A stretch of 64,000 nt of DNA from Acanthaster planci (lineage: Eukaryota): the NCBI RefSeq assembly GCF_001949145.1, contig NW_019091355.1, positions 5,526,517-5,590,516 of the forward strand, given 5' to 3'. The translations under genes were made by a program, and so were the position numbers. A model generated the notes under the pieces. That model had not been told where the DNA came from and did not search any database. It was given only the letters and a program-made list of their open reading frames with translations. This document shows, one piece after another, positions 53,122 to 63,710 of this stretch. The first letter of the stretch is position 1. The number at the start of each line of letters is the position of its first letter.

Positions 53122-55857
53122 TTCTCTTTTTGTATGCTCTCCCCTCACTGGCCCAGACTGAAATAGCGTGTTCCACTCTCTCTCATCAATGTCAGGCTGA
53201 ATCATCAGCTTCTCGAAGATGATTGATGACTGGAGGTAATATCACTTTCTTCATTTGCTCCTCGAGTGCGAGGTATTCCCCTTAGATTGGTTGCTAGTCG
53301 CTCCAGGATGCAAACCCTTTCACACGGATGAGCATGGTATAAATCCATTCTGTAAGGGGGTCGAGGGCGCTACCGGACCGTCTGACACAACAGTGCAGGT
53401 TATTCCTTGACTTTCAAGAATACTTGAGTTGCACGAATTAGTATTTTACAGACAAATCCAGAGTAAAACTTTGTCTGAGAAGACGGGTTTACGGGCCCGC
53501 CCTGTGGATTGGTTAAATACAGGTTTCACGTGTGGCGTTGTATGCCGGATACCACCACTTTGAAATTTGAAATTTGACACTTTCTCACCAAGGACAATAT
53601 TTTAGGGCCCATAAATGTCTTGAATGCAATGATGGGACAAGACCAGGTAATAGTGAAATCGGGTGCATTAAACCTTTACATGCATCATTTATTAATAGGG
53701 CCTACATGGAACCCCTGTACACCATCCAAACAAAGAAGATCATCCATTTTATGTGGGAGTGAAAAGAGACATTCCAGTTTAAGAGGACCATCTGTAAAAT
53801 AATAGCAAGACAAGTTTTGAATGCTGAAAAAAAAATGCTTAAAGCCATGCACTGTTGTTAGTAAATCTTTTCTGGAAGACTGGGGGCTATGATAATCGTT
53901 ATGAGAAAAAAAACAGTGTCTTTCCAACGAGCGACTTGTAACGCGTCTAGCGATCTGACTGCGAGAGATGTCTCAACAAGCCAATAAAGTTCGCGGGTCA
54001 ACATCACTTATCACATTAGATCATTTAGCCCCGTCCTCAGTGAGAACAGCAGTAACTACATTATCAGTGAGGAAGATAGCCTGGAATACATCCTGGTCAA
54101 ATAATTGGCTTTGGCTGAAATGGGTTAGCGAACTGTGGTTTAGAATTCAATTCAATCCCTTCTGCATGAGTCTCGGTATTGCCATGAAACTCCAGTTTTC
54201 CTCTTCCTGAAAATAGTAACTTCGATCGTTGGGCCTTCGTCCTTATCCTTGGGATAATCATAACGCATGTTAGTGCTGTATTAAAGTAAAATTTATTTGA
54301 TAAAACAAGCTTCCGCCTAATTTCTCATCCAATTGGGGAATGCTTTACACGTATAACTTCGTGTCTTCGTATAGCCGAACCACCTCTATATGATGGATTA
54401 ATTAATAGGTATGGCATTCACAAATGATCCTTAAAACTCATTTCAAAGTTTTATTTGGGGTCAGCTTTTGGCCAGTAGAGATCTTTCATTAGCCATCCCT
54501 CGAAGATTGTATAGCTAACGTAATACATCAGCATGCAAAATACTGACGATGGAATTGGGATGTTTGCGATCTAATTCATATAACTGGCACAAATTCACCA
54601 GATTTATGGCAGGGCTCAGGCTGCAGGGCCGCTTCAACTTGCCAACTTTTTTGTACGTCACCCTCTCTGCAGAATAGCTAGTGTATGACAGCGTACTGCT
54701 CGAAGTCATCAGCAAGCGCAACCGCTTCCCTAAGCTGGTGGTCCGCTGACTTCTCCTCATACATCGTGGGTTGTAGGAAGCAACGGCGTTTGAAAATTAA
54801 ACCTGACGCAACCTGTCTGTTGATTCCCTCTCCCTTCCCGTTGCAACCGAGAACAGACACCACACCTACCCGGCCCTTGGCAATAGCATTGACCTCAATC
54901 CTGCAGACTCAAACTAGTCATATCCATGTGGGGCATCGGTGCAACCTTGAACCAACCTCAGCGATCGACGTGGCCTTGAAATAATTTTCAAAGACTCAGA
55001 CCCACCAAATTAGTCATCATTCATCAGTGCTTTCACCCTAAATCGAGACTGTGCCACCCATCGAAGTAGTTGGGTTCTATCACAGACAATCAGTTTGTTG
55101 GACCACGGACCAGAGTGATTATGGCGGCTTGACAAGTTGTAATTTGCTCTGTCCTCGCCAAATCTTGAGGGGTTGAGTCTGTCCCGGCCCTCTTCTGTTC
55201 CTATCGACCCAGATTTCGACGGTTCGCGACGTCTTGGGCCTACCAGTCCTGATAGTTTTACCGAGCAGAGTGAAGCCAGGCTAGCTGACGGTATACAGGG
55301 GCTCCATGTCAGAGTCGGTTTCTGCAGATGACTGATATGCAATATCGCTGTCTTCAGCTGGCAATCAGACCCGATATCGCTGCCGCATCGGCCTGTCGTG
55401 TCTTGAGGCCATCACCTGGAGAAGAGAACCAAGCAAAAACGACTGCTCCATGATTGAATGAAACCAAAATGATGGACTGAAATAATACGGTTTGTGACAT
55501 ACGGAGTCCTTTGAAAATCTGCACGATATAAACACTAAAGATAACGAAACATTCAACCAGACGTGAAAGTTTCCATCTCTCAATATGCTCTATCGCATCT
55601 ATTTTTAAGAATATACATAATGATCATGTCAATTTCTGCCACGATTCTAATCTAAATGTTGAAACTAAAATACAAAATGAAGTAGAGTTAAGTGGCTGGT
55701 TTTTCAATAGACATAAACAATAGTCTTTACACCAGCTTGCCGAAATCGTGTTGAAATTTCTCCTATGAAAAATATATCTTAACTTGGCAGCACCTTTTTA
55801 AACAAGCATTTATAGTTTCTTAGTACTGATTTTAATATTTATTCATTTATATTTTGG

Positions 55858-55924
55858 TGTACAGCGCCTTGGAGCAGCATAATGGATTGGGCGCTTTATA
55901 AATGTCAGTTGTTATTATTATATT
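55858..55924 (+). mobile_element. 3' tail remnant of an L2-type LINE or partner SINE
   Basis: tgtacagcgccttggag...gggcgctttataaatg...gttattattatatt: an AGCGCC/GGCGCT stem followed by TATAAAT and (TAT)n, the usual L2-type 3' end. Confidence 0.65.
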
Positions 55925-58900
55925 CCCTCCTGGTTTAATAAAAATGATATAAAGTCAACAGGGTAATGGCGTTTTAATTAATTCCCCCACGTTATGGGCA
56001 ATAAAAACACCCATCGAACCGGCTCAACCGCGACACCCAAACACGAAACGGTCGCCGTCCAGAGAAGATTGAGCCCATTCCCGTCGGGTATCACCTGGTC
56101 TCAGTCGGTCCGTCTCTGTACCTTGATCAGTTCTAAATCGCATTAATAACAGGCAGTGTGTCACTCATATGAAACTCCGTCGTGTTATTGTCCCGTCAGA
56201 TCCCATCACAAGCTGAGATGATGGGACGCTAGAGAGATGAGCTTGACGGGGCTCGGAGAAGGAACAGAACTCGGGGAGGGAGCTTATACCCTCCAGCAGT
56301 ATCAGAAAAGTCGCTCTGGGAGTTTCGTTAGACTGGAAGGGAACAGACCAGCTTGGATCTGAAAGTTTTGCAACATTCATCGGAGCTGTGTCTCGTCATA
56401 CCTTTCCATTGTTTTGATCAACTGAAGAAATAGGACATTCACCCTCTTACTCCGTTTTGGTACGAACTTCCAGACAATGGGTTTGGACGATTGCTCTGGT
56501 AAAAAGCTCGATTCTCTTCATTCGAAAAATTGCAAAACATTCGTTCGGCAAGAACGTTGAAATGATAACAGGATCGACACTGCCCATTTTAATATTAATC
56601 CGATCTCCGAATAACCCAACTTTCATCTAACTCAGACATCATTGCGTTACGATTATTAGTGAGAAGGATCTGCTTGCTGCTCTTAACTTGACAGTCCTGT
56701 CTCAATTCTAACAGAGAATTAAAGGAGCAGCAACATTTTTAGCAGTGCGTGGTACACCGTGTAGGTGTACTTGGAATAAGGTTGATTTTGGAATCTCGGC
56801 AGCTGACTTTGTTGCTATATAAAACCCACTTTGGTATTTTGTTCGTATTGCTCTTTGAAGAGTACGTGTTTTACTGGGCCTAGCACAGAGGTAAATCGAC
56901 TGGCGTGATTGACCCTATTTGAAATTCTTTAAAATGTCATCGAATGTGAACTAGTTCCATGTTTATCTCTGGTTACTGTCACCCAAATCGGGCACAAAAA
57001 CGAATTGCCAACTAATTTGTAATGAATGGACTTCACTTATGGTTGAGTCCGCCAAGCCCTTTATTTTGCTCAGCAATATTTGCTGCTGAGAAGTGCCACA
57101 AATATCGAAAACCTGCGGTCCAATCTTGACTTGGTTCCTTTGCCGGTCCACCCCCACCGGCGCCATTTCGCCTTCCGTCACGGAAAGGGGTTTCCGTCCA
57201 TCCTCTTCAAGAACTAGATCACGTCATCGACGAAATGCCCCTTCAAACGGCATACGGTCAGCCCTAGCTGACACGGGCCACTGCACATATACGCCGGCAC
57301 CGGGAGACGGACTTGGGGGCTGTTTTGAGATGAATTAACGATTAATTATGAAATCAGCACCGTCTCCGGTTGAAGACATCTCGGCGGAGATTGCCAGATA
57401 ATACGCCCCGTCCTATCGACCGGCCTGAGGCGCTGGTCTCAAGGAGTCTGTCGAGACTTGCCCAAGGGGGTGTTTTTTTCTCCTGCTTTCCTTGGCGCTT
57501 GGAAGTCACGGTTTGTAGGATTTGGGCCCGATAATGTCAATAATTTTCGAGATGGTGGAACTAATGGGAGCAGTTGAAGTAAAGATCACGGAGAAGCAAC
57601 TCCAAGGTATGATAAGACGTCCTTACTTGAGCCCGAATCGACCCTTCAACCCTTAGGGGAAGAAAGGACCAAGATTTTTATCATTAACGGCTACCGCTTG
57701 CTACTAGCCGACAAGGGACCAATCCGAGGTATTTAAGAGCTGAAAATTCAAAAGTCAGAGTACTTTCAAACACTGACACAAAATTATCATAAGTGAAACT
57801 TTCATTACACCGGGGTTTATTTCAATCAGTATTTTTTATTACTTCTAGAACTACAAAACAAAGATTACTTGAAAAGAAATGATACCTTTTTAATTCAACC
57901 CTGAAACTCGTGTGTACCGGTGTCAATGTATTTTGTATTTCTTTCCTTGGGACCAACTGAACCATAGACTGTCACATGTATTTTTATCGAGTATTCTTTG
58001 ACTCACGGCTTTGGATGTTGCTTTTGTAAGAGTAATGTGGACGAAGACGTTCGTGCCGTTTCGGACGCGCGTCAGGTTTTAGAGGCCAGTAAAATAGACC
58101 CTACGAATTGCCTGTGCGGTCCGTGGACAGGAGTATGTGTAAAACAGACGGATGGAAGCCACCAAAAGAGACTAGCAGCTTGTATTTCTGAGAGGTTTGA
58201 AAAAATCAGAGCCTTCCACATGGCTTTATTTTGCAATGGAGTAGTGTAGGTATCAGTCTTAAAAATGGCGATGGGCTTTAAGACTATTTTTTAGGCGGGA
58301 TCATCTTGAAATGAAAACATCTTCAAAATTCATCAGTTAACCCAGCAAGAACTGAAAAGAGATTGAGAGATCAGCTTTAATTGGATGTGCGTCTTTATCA
58401 CCTGACTTGTGATAATTTGTCATTGATGTCTGTGACATCTAATTTTGTGGTCTGCAGGAAGCAGACCACTTTTTCAAGTGATGATTTTTGCCAAGCTCAG
58501 TGCATGAAAAGTGCCGCCACAGTTTCTTTTCAAAGGGGAAATTGGTGGAAAACATCTGGTATTGTAAACATGTGGGCCAGGATCATTTCTTGGTTTGGGG
58601 GCTTCTATTCGATTTCAGAGTTGATAAAAAATTATGGATGAAAAATGAGTTTAAGTGCCTGAGAGAGATGGCATTTAAAATGTCTGCGTGCAGGTTTGGA
58701 GTTATCACTTTCCGGGGACTGAGTTTGTGTTGTTTGAATAATAAAAACTCTAATCGGCTAACCCACTAAACATTTAAAGGATGGAAAGATTAGGCACAAG
58801 ACAATAATTTTATTTTGTTTGAAGAACTTCGGTTTTGATTTTTTTTTAGCCCTGAACTTTGTAGACATTACACCGTTTTCAATGGGCTTAAATATGTTCA

Positions 58901-59082
58901 CTACATAACAACCACGCAAAAGCTTCAAGACTGCGCTTCACACTCAAATGGCATTTTAAATAGCGCCCTCAAGAGGTGTATTCCTGGAATCGCTTCGCGC
59001 GCACATTACTTCACGCCTGTGTAATGCATACAACTATGAACTAAGGTTGAGTAGAATTTTAAGCCAAGGATTTATGTTGAAA

Positions 59083-59183
59083 ATGGCTTCCCAGAGTAGT
59101 CAAGAAAGTGTTGGTTCCAGACAGGGAAAAGTTACCACAATTGTCCCTGAGAGGTCGCGGTTTCCATCCAGAAGACGACTGGC
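59083..59183 (+). CDS. Unidentified gene, putative coding exon 1 (MASQSSQESVGSRQGKVTTIVPERSRFPSRRRL-A)
   Basis: Start context aaaATGG, with an alternative in-frame ATG at 59074. The frame stays open to a consensus donor GC|gtgagt in phase 2, which matches the next exon. Confidence 0.7.
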
Positions 59184-59310
59184 GTGAGTTGATTGCTAGG
59201 CCTAACATGCTAACAATGCTGCTGAACTTAGCCCCGCTAGTGTGGCTCGGATCACTCCCGATTTATCCACTAGTGGGGCAATACTGAACTGTACTAGGCT
59301 AGGCCTAGTT

Positions 59311-60174
59311 CATTAGCACCCTGTTCCTGTCGCTCTACAGACTTACTCGGCCTATAGCTTTATAAGGAAACAAATTCTACTTTTTCGAAATAACTTATCT
59401 AAACAAGTTGTTGGTGATTTCCTCTGTCGTATCAGAAAGAAAAGAGAACAGGGCTTTTGGTTTTGAGGGAAAGTTTTGATAGAATTTTTGGTAGCGTACA
59501 TGACCGCCCTGAAGAACTAGCTGTGAACATGGTGAATGATAAATAAGCGAATGTAGTCTGGCTCCTTGACCTGGATGTAGGTTTGTTTTGATGGTTGCAC
59601 TACACCAAATATGCGCCCATAGTAAACAGTGCATAATTGGACCAAAATAGCTCCACCTGTTAACTATCTTGTGAAGAGGTTGGCTTCCGTTTTTTCCCTG
59701 GAAATTCAAGATTATTGCCAGAAGATCACTTTTCGTTTCAATTTCTTGGGGGTTAGCCATGAAAATTCTTATGCACCTTTGAATGAAGATACCCCCAAAA
59801 TAGCAGTAAAAGTTTTACTAAAACTAAGCACTCTTTTCTGAATGTAGCTGTAGCCGCCTGCTTCTATTAGCCAAAATAGGCCTGCAATTTGGGGCTTTTT
59901 GTGAAAGAAATACCACGAACTGGAAACTATCACTCCCAAATTTGGAATTTATAGAAATATTTCTATGATGCCTCCTGATTATGGCCTGTCATTGTAAAAA
60001 TCCCATGGGATCACAAAACTCGGGTTAGAAATTTGAAGTTTTCTCTCTTGAATATTGTCAAAATTTACCTAAACTAGGCCTATCAGGATTGAGTAATGGT
60101 TCCGTAAGGTCAAAATGTTAGTTAGGTCAAGAAAGTGTACTTTGTTTCCTTATTATAGGAACAGGGTGCTAATG
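59311..60174. mobile_element. Non-autonomous DNA transposon-like element (864 bp) with perfect 18-bp terminal inverted repeats; superfamily unassigned
   Basis: CATTAGCACCCTGTTCCT at 59311-59328 and its exact reverse complement AGGAACAGGGTGCTAATG at 60157-60174. The interior is AT-rich and non-coding. There is no unambiguous TSD. Confidence 0.75.
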
Positions 60175-60400
60175 GTAATGAGCCCCACTAACATGGCTGA
60201 GAACTAGTCTGACCATGGTCTGACATGTCCGTGTAACTTGGGACCCTGAAATCGCCTTTTTAAACAGTTGGACATGGTTGGATGATAGAAGGGTCCAAGT
60301 ACCTGCCATAAGCTTTAGCTTCCATTAATTCATTGCACTCAAAATAGTTCCTACCCCGAATCAAATCCCCCCCCCCATTCACCTTGAAAATGGTCTTTAA

Positions 60401-60816
60401 CCCCTTCACGCCGGAACGCGGCTAGAGCCGCTGTAAAAATTGAGACCCTCAGCCCGCTTTTCAGCTATTATTCTCGGCCCACGCTCGAACGAACACGGTG
60501 AAAGAAGGCAGACCCTGGCTCTTGTATATATGGTGATTGGCCTTTGTGTGTAGCCCAGAAATGAAAAGACCAAATTTGCATCATAATCACCAGCTTCACA
60601 ATAGTCCCCACTCTGAAAAGAGGCAACGGGAATGTGGAAGTGTGAGTAGAGCCGCATGCCACCGAACAATCAGCCTTTTCACCGTGTAATTCCAAGTGTG
60701 CAGAGCACGCAGGGCCACAAACTGAGAATTTGTGGTTTGGCAGGTGGCCTTCGTGGCCAAGCGAGGCTGGAATTCTTGGAGTCGGCTTTCGGAAAGAAAT
60801 TCCCGTTGTCAAGGGG
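60401..60816. mobile_element. piggyBac-type MITE (416 bp)
   Basis: TTAA on both sides (60397-60400 and 60817-60820). Imperfect TIRs CCCCTTCACGCCGGAA / TTCCCGTTGTCAAGGGG. CCC..GGG ends with a TTAA TSD are the piggyBac signature. Confidence 0.8.
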
Positions 60817-61013
60817 TTAAACTGTCTAAGGCACCCAGCTTAGGATCAAGTGAGAATCAGAGATTCCAATAATGATGAGAAAGTACTCACATTTGGGAAG
60901 AAAAGAGTAGTTTCCCCTTCAAATCGGAAGATTGAAAAAGGATGAGTATAGTGCCCTGGTTGATGGGTCTGGGGCATGCTTTTATTTGAACTTGTTGCTT
61001 TTTTGTTGCACAG

Positions 61014-61110
61014 GAAGAGGCAAACCACCTTACGAGCATTCACATTTGTCCGAGATTGGGATGTGAGACAGTCACCGTTAGCATCGGTCCATAGCCAGCC
61101 AGCCGACAAG
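61014..61110 (+). CDS. Unidentified gene, putative coding exon 2 (A-KRQTTLRAFTFVRDWDVRQSPLASVHSQPADK)
   Basis: Acceptor cttttttgttgcacag|G and donor AAG|gtactt. The 97-nt exon converts phase 2 to phase 0 exactly as the flanking exons require, with no stops. Confidence 0.65.
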
Positions 61111-61170
61111 GTACTTCCATAGGGGCTAACCAGATGGAGACACTACGGTTTTGTCCAAATTACTTGGCTG

Positions 61171-61604
61171 TAAGGGTGTGAGGTTCAAACATTTAAATGA
61201 AGAAATATTCAGTTAACATTCACATATTTTCCGAAACATTTTGAAGAACCTCCTTTTTCCAGGTTTGACACAAATTGACGTGATCTGGCGTTGGACCTGA
61301 GTAAATGTCCATGCGTTCCTCCTAATTGCATAGGGATTGTTTCCTTTCCTCATCCACCTACAGTTTTCAGGGAAAATTTGAAAATTCAAACTAGAAGACT
61401 TGCTTATATTGAATTGCCCCTTACATCGATCTACATTTATACATTAGGCTGATCATGTGCATTGTTGATGAACTATATACATACGTAAACACTGAGGTAC
61501 ATGTACGCAATGGTGAGCCTCTGTAATGTGTTGTTTAAACATTTAAAAAGTATGGGAAAGTTCTTCTAAACATTTATCAAATAAAATGTAGATTCTACCC
61601 CTTA
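61171..61604. mobile_element. hAT-type MITE, copy A (434 bp)
   Basis: Ends TAAGGGTG...ACCCCTTA are flanked by a perfect 8-bp direct repeat CTTGGCTG (61163-61170 and 61605-61612). Subterminal AAACATTTAAA motifs are shared with copy B. Confidence 0.85.
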
Positions 61605-61738
61605 CTTGGCTGCAGCTGAAAATTCCACATGACTCTATTGGAAGTGGCTAGCCTATGGCCACAAACATAGACTCATGTGTCATTTCAAACCACAACCAAG
61701 TACATTCGATACGGACTTGGCCTAAGCAGAGAAATTTA

Positions 61739-61859
61739 CTAACATCTCTGACTGTATAGTCGCCAGGTTCCTTATTTCGCTACCTATTGTCAAGTCTGAT
61801 TGTTTTCACAGTAAGTGGCGAAATTAAGGACCTGGCAACTATACCGTCATGGACGTTAG
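61739..61859. repeat. Long imperfect inverted repeat (two ~52-bp arms, 17-nt loop); probably a palindromic MITE
   Basis: Arm 61739-61790 (ctaacatctctgactgtatagtcgccaggttccttatttcgctacctattgt) matches the reverse complement of 61808-61859 (ctaacgtccatgacggtatagttgccaggtccttaatttcgccacttactgt) at most positions. Confidence 0.8.
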
Positions 61860-62120
61860 GCACTGAAAATATTTCCTTAGCAGAACACGGTTCCAGTCGG
61901 CAGACTAGCTAAGTGCTCATTTTTTTCAGCAACTTGTTTCGTTGTGCCGTGCTAAGTATAATGTATAATGCTTGTGAGTGGTAGTTTGGTAATTTTTTAT
62001 TAGTGTGTAAATTCATGCCAAGTTAGTTAATGTGCTGAGCAAGGCCCAATTTTATCAAAGAGTGAATAAAATTCCATTCTTAGAGAGATTTTGTGATAGG
62101 ATGAACTTGGACATTATTAG

Positions 62121-62510
62121 TAAGGGTGGGATGTTAACACGTTTAAACGTTTAAACAAAAAAAGTTCCAAATCTGTTTACAGATTTTCCCAAACGTTTAA
62201 ACAGAACCGCCCCTTTGAGATGTGTGGCCTTTTAATTGATGCAATCTGGCATTCACTTTTATTGTAAACATTGCCTGTAAAATGGAATCTGATTTTTGTT
62301 CTGATCTGCAAACACTTTACTGCTCGGTTATATCCAAGGAATACCATGAATTTATCACCTGAACTTGATGTCAACTATTGACATCATATACAATTTGTTG
62401 TTTTAAAGTTTTCAATGACACCATGCTAAGGGTCGGACGTTGAAACATTTAAACGGTATGGGAAAGTTTTCCACATGTTTTTCATATTCAAACATAAATT
62501 CCCACTCTTA
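62121..62510. mobile_element. hAT-type MITE, copy B (390 bp)
   Basis: Ends TAAGGGTGGGA...TCCCACTCTTA are flanked by a perfect 8-bp direct repeat ATTATTAG (62113-62120 and 62511-62518). Both subterminal regions align with copy A (e.g. aaacatttaaa-nn-gtatgggaaagtt). Confidence 0.87.
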
Positions 62511-62588
62511 ATTATTAGAAAAAATGTGATGTAGAAATGTAAATAATTTGTTCAAAGGTTTGATCATTTATGTGTTTATCTCCCTCAG

Positions 62589-62760
62589 TCGGAGGATTCA
62601 GCCAGCCCTGCCCGTAGTTCTGTCACCATCTCACCATCTCCCCAACTTAGCAGTCAGGCTGCTTCCTTGTCTACGTCTGGTAGACCTAGAGTGAGTCCAG
62701 GTCCCATCATCATAGCCAGTCCCTCCTCCAGGACTCGCTCTGGCTCCACCCAGAAAAGAC
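62589..62760 (+). CDS. Unidentified gene, putative coding exon 3 (SEDSASPARSSVTISPSPQ...RTRSGSTQKR)
   Basis: Acceptor tgtgtttatctccctcag|TCG and donor C|gtgaga. 172 nt, phase 0 to 1, GC-rich against AT-rich flanks, open and S/P-rich. Confidence 0.75.
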
Positions 62761-63218
62761 GTGAGACTTGCACTTCTCATTTTTTGAGATTAACTCCATA
62801 AAGTACACTGTACCAAATTTGCCAAGATCCAGCCCGAGACCTCAAATTCACTGCTTTGTCTTAAAATTCTTTGTTAACTGCAGCAAACAGTCTGCCGTAG
62901 CTGTTCCAAAGAATTTTGGCTCAGTAATTCAAGATTCTGCACCTAGAGAGAAGCGTGGTGTGTGCATGTGCTGTAAGCATAGTGTGGTGATCATATATGC
63001 AGAAATTGATTTGGGCAGAGAAATGAATTTGCTCTTTGACAAAATGCGGACTGTGGAGTTATATTGCTGTTTTTACAGCTGCTGTCAAACTTGAATATTC
63101 TTGAATATGCTTTTAATAAATGCAAGTTAACTTTTCAGTACAACACAATTTCCGTTAAGCCTTACATCAGTCCATTATTCAATTCTTTTGCACCCTTATT
63201 TGACCCTGTCTCTGATAG

Positions 63219-63710
63219 CACCATCCTCGCATCGCACAACTCGTCATGGTTTGGCTTCCACCTCTGCTGGAGGTCATGCAACTGCCCAATCAGGAGAGAG
63301 CATGATGCAATCATCCACAGTGGGCAGGGCCACCCTCTCTGAACCCACTGGTCCATCAGCGACTTCTACCCCGGCTTCGGGGGATCCGGGCCCGTCAAGC
63401 GAGGGTGCTTCACAGATGTCTCTGGATGAGGACAGCTCCCTGACTACATCTGCTCAGACGGGCCCACCCACCGGTCACTCCAGTCCCATCACCGATGGCT
63501 CAAGACCGACAGTCACCTCTGAACTTGCTTCTCAGGAGAGACCGGTTATCGCAGCCAATCCGTTAGTGATGGACAGCCCGACAGCCAGTTCCACCCTTTC
63601 GCAGCCGGTCAGTTCCAGCCCAGCCCTGTCCATTCAGAATTTAGGTCAGAGACCTTCAGACATGCCAAGTGTCCAATGGAGAGTAGACCACAGTCAATTC
63701 ACCACACCAG
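63219..63710 (+). CDS. Unidentified gene, putative coding exon 4 (Ser/Thr/Pro-rich, ...MPSVQWRVDHSQFTTP-G); gene continues beyond the window
   Basis: Lies within ORF 63188-63742. The acceptor tttgaccctgtctctgatag|CA is in phase 1, matching exon 3. The donor is CCAG|gtgaaa, with an alternative ATG|gtaggt at 63724. The window ends in a polypyrimidine tract (tattcctttttgtctttc), suggesting the next acceptor. Confidence 0.78.

Noticed and set aside
54678..54863. Minus-strand peptide ending LREAVALADDFEQYAVIH, faintly like gypsy gag/SCAN-adjacent sequence
   Set aside because: Too short, and no LTR, pol or other gag sequence is nearby.
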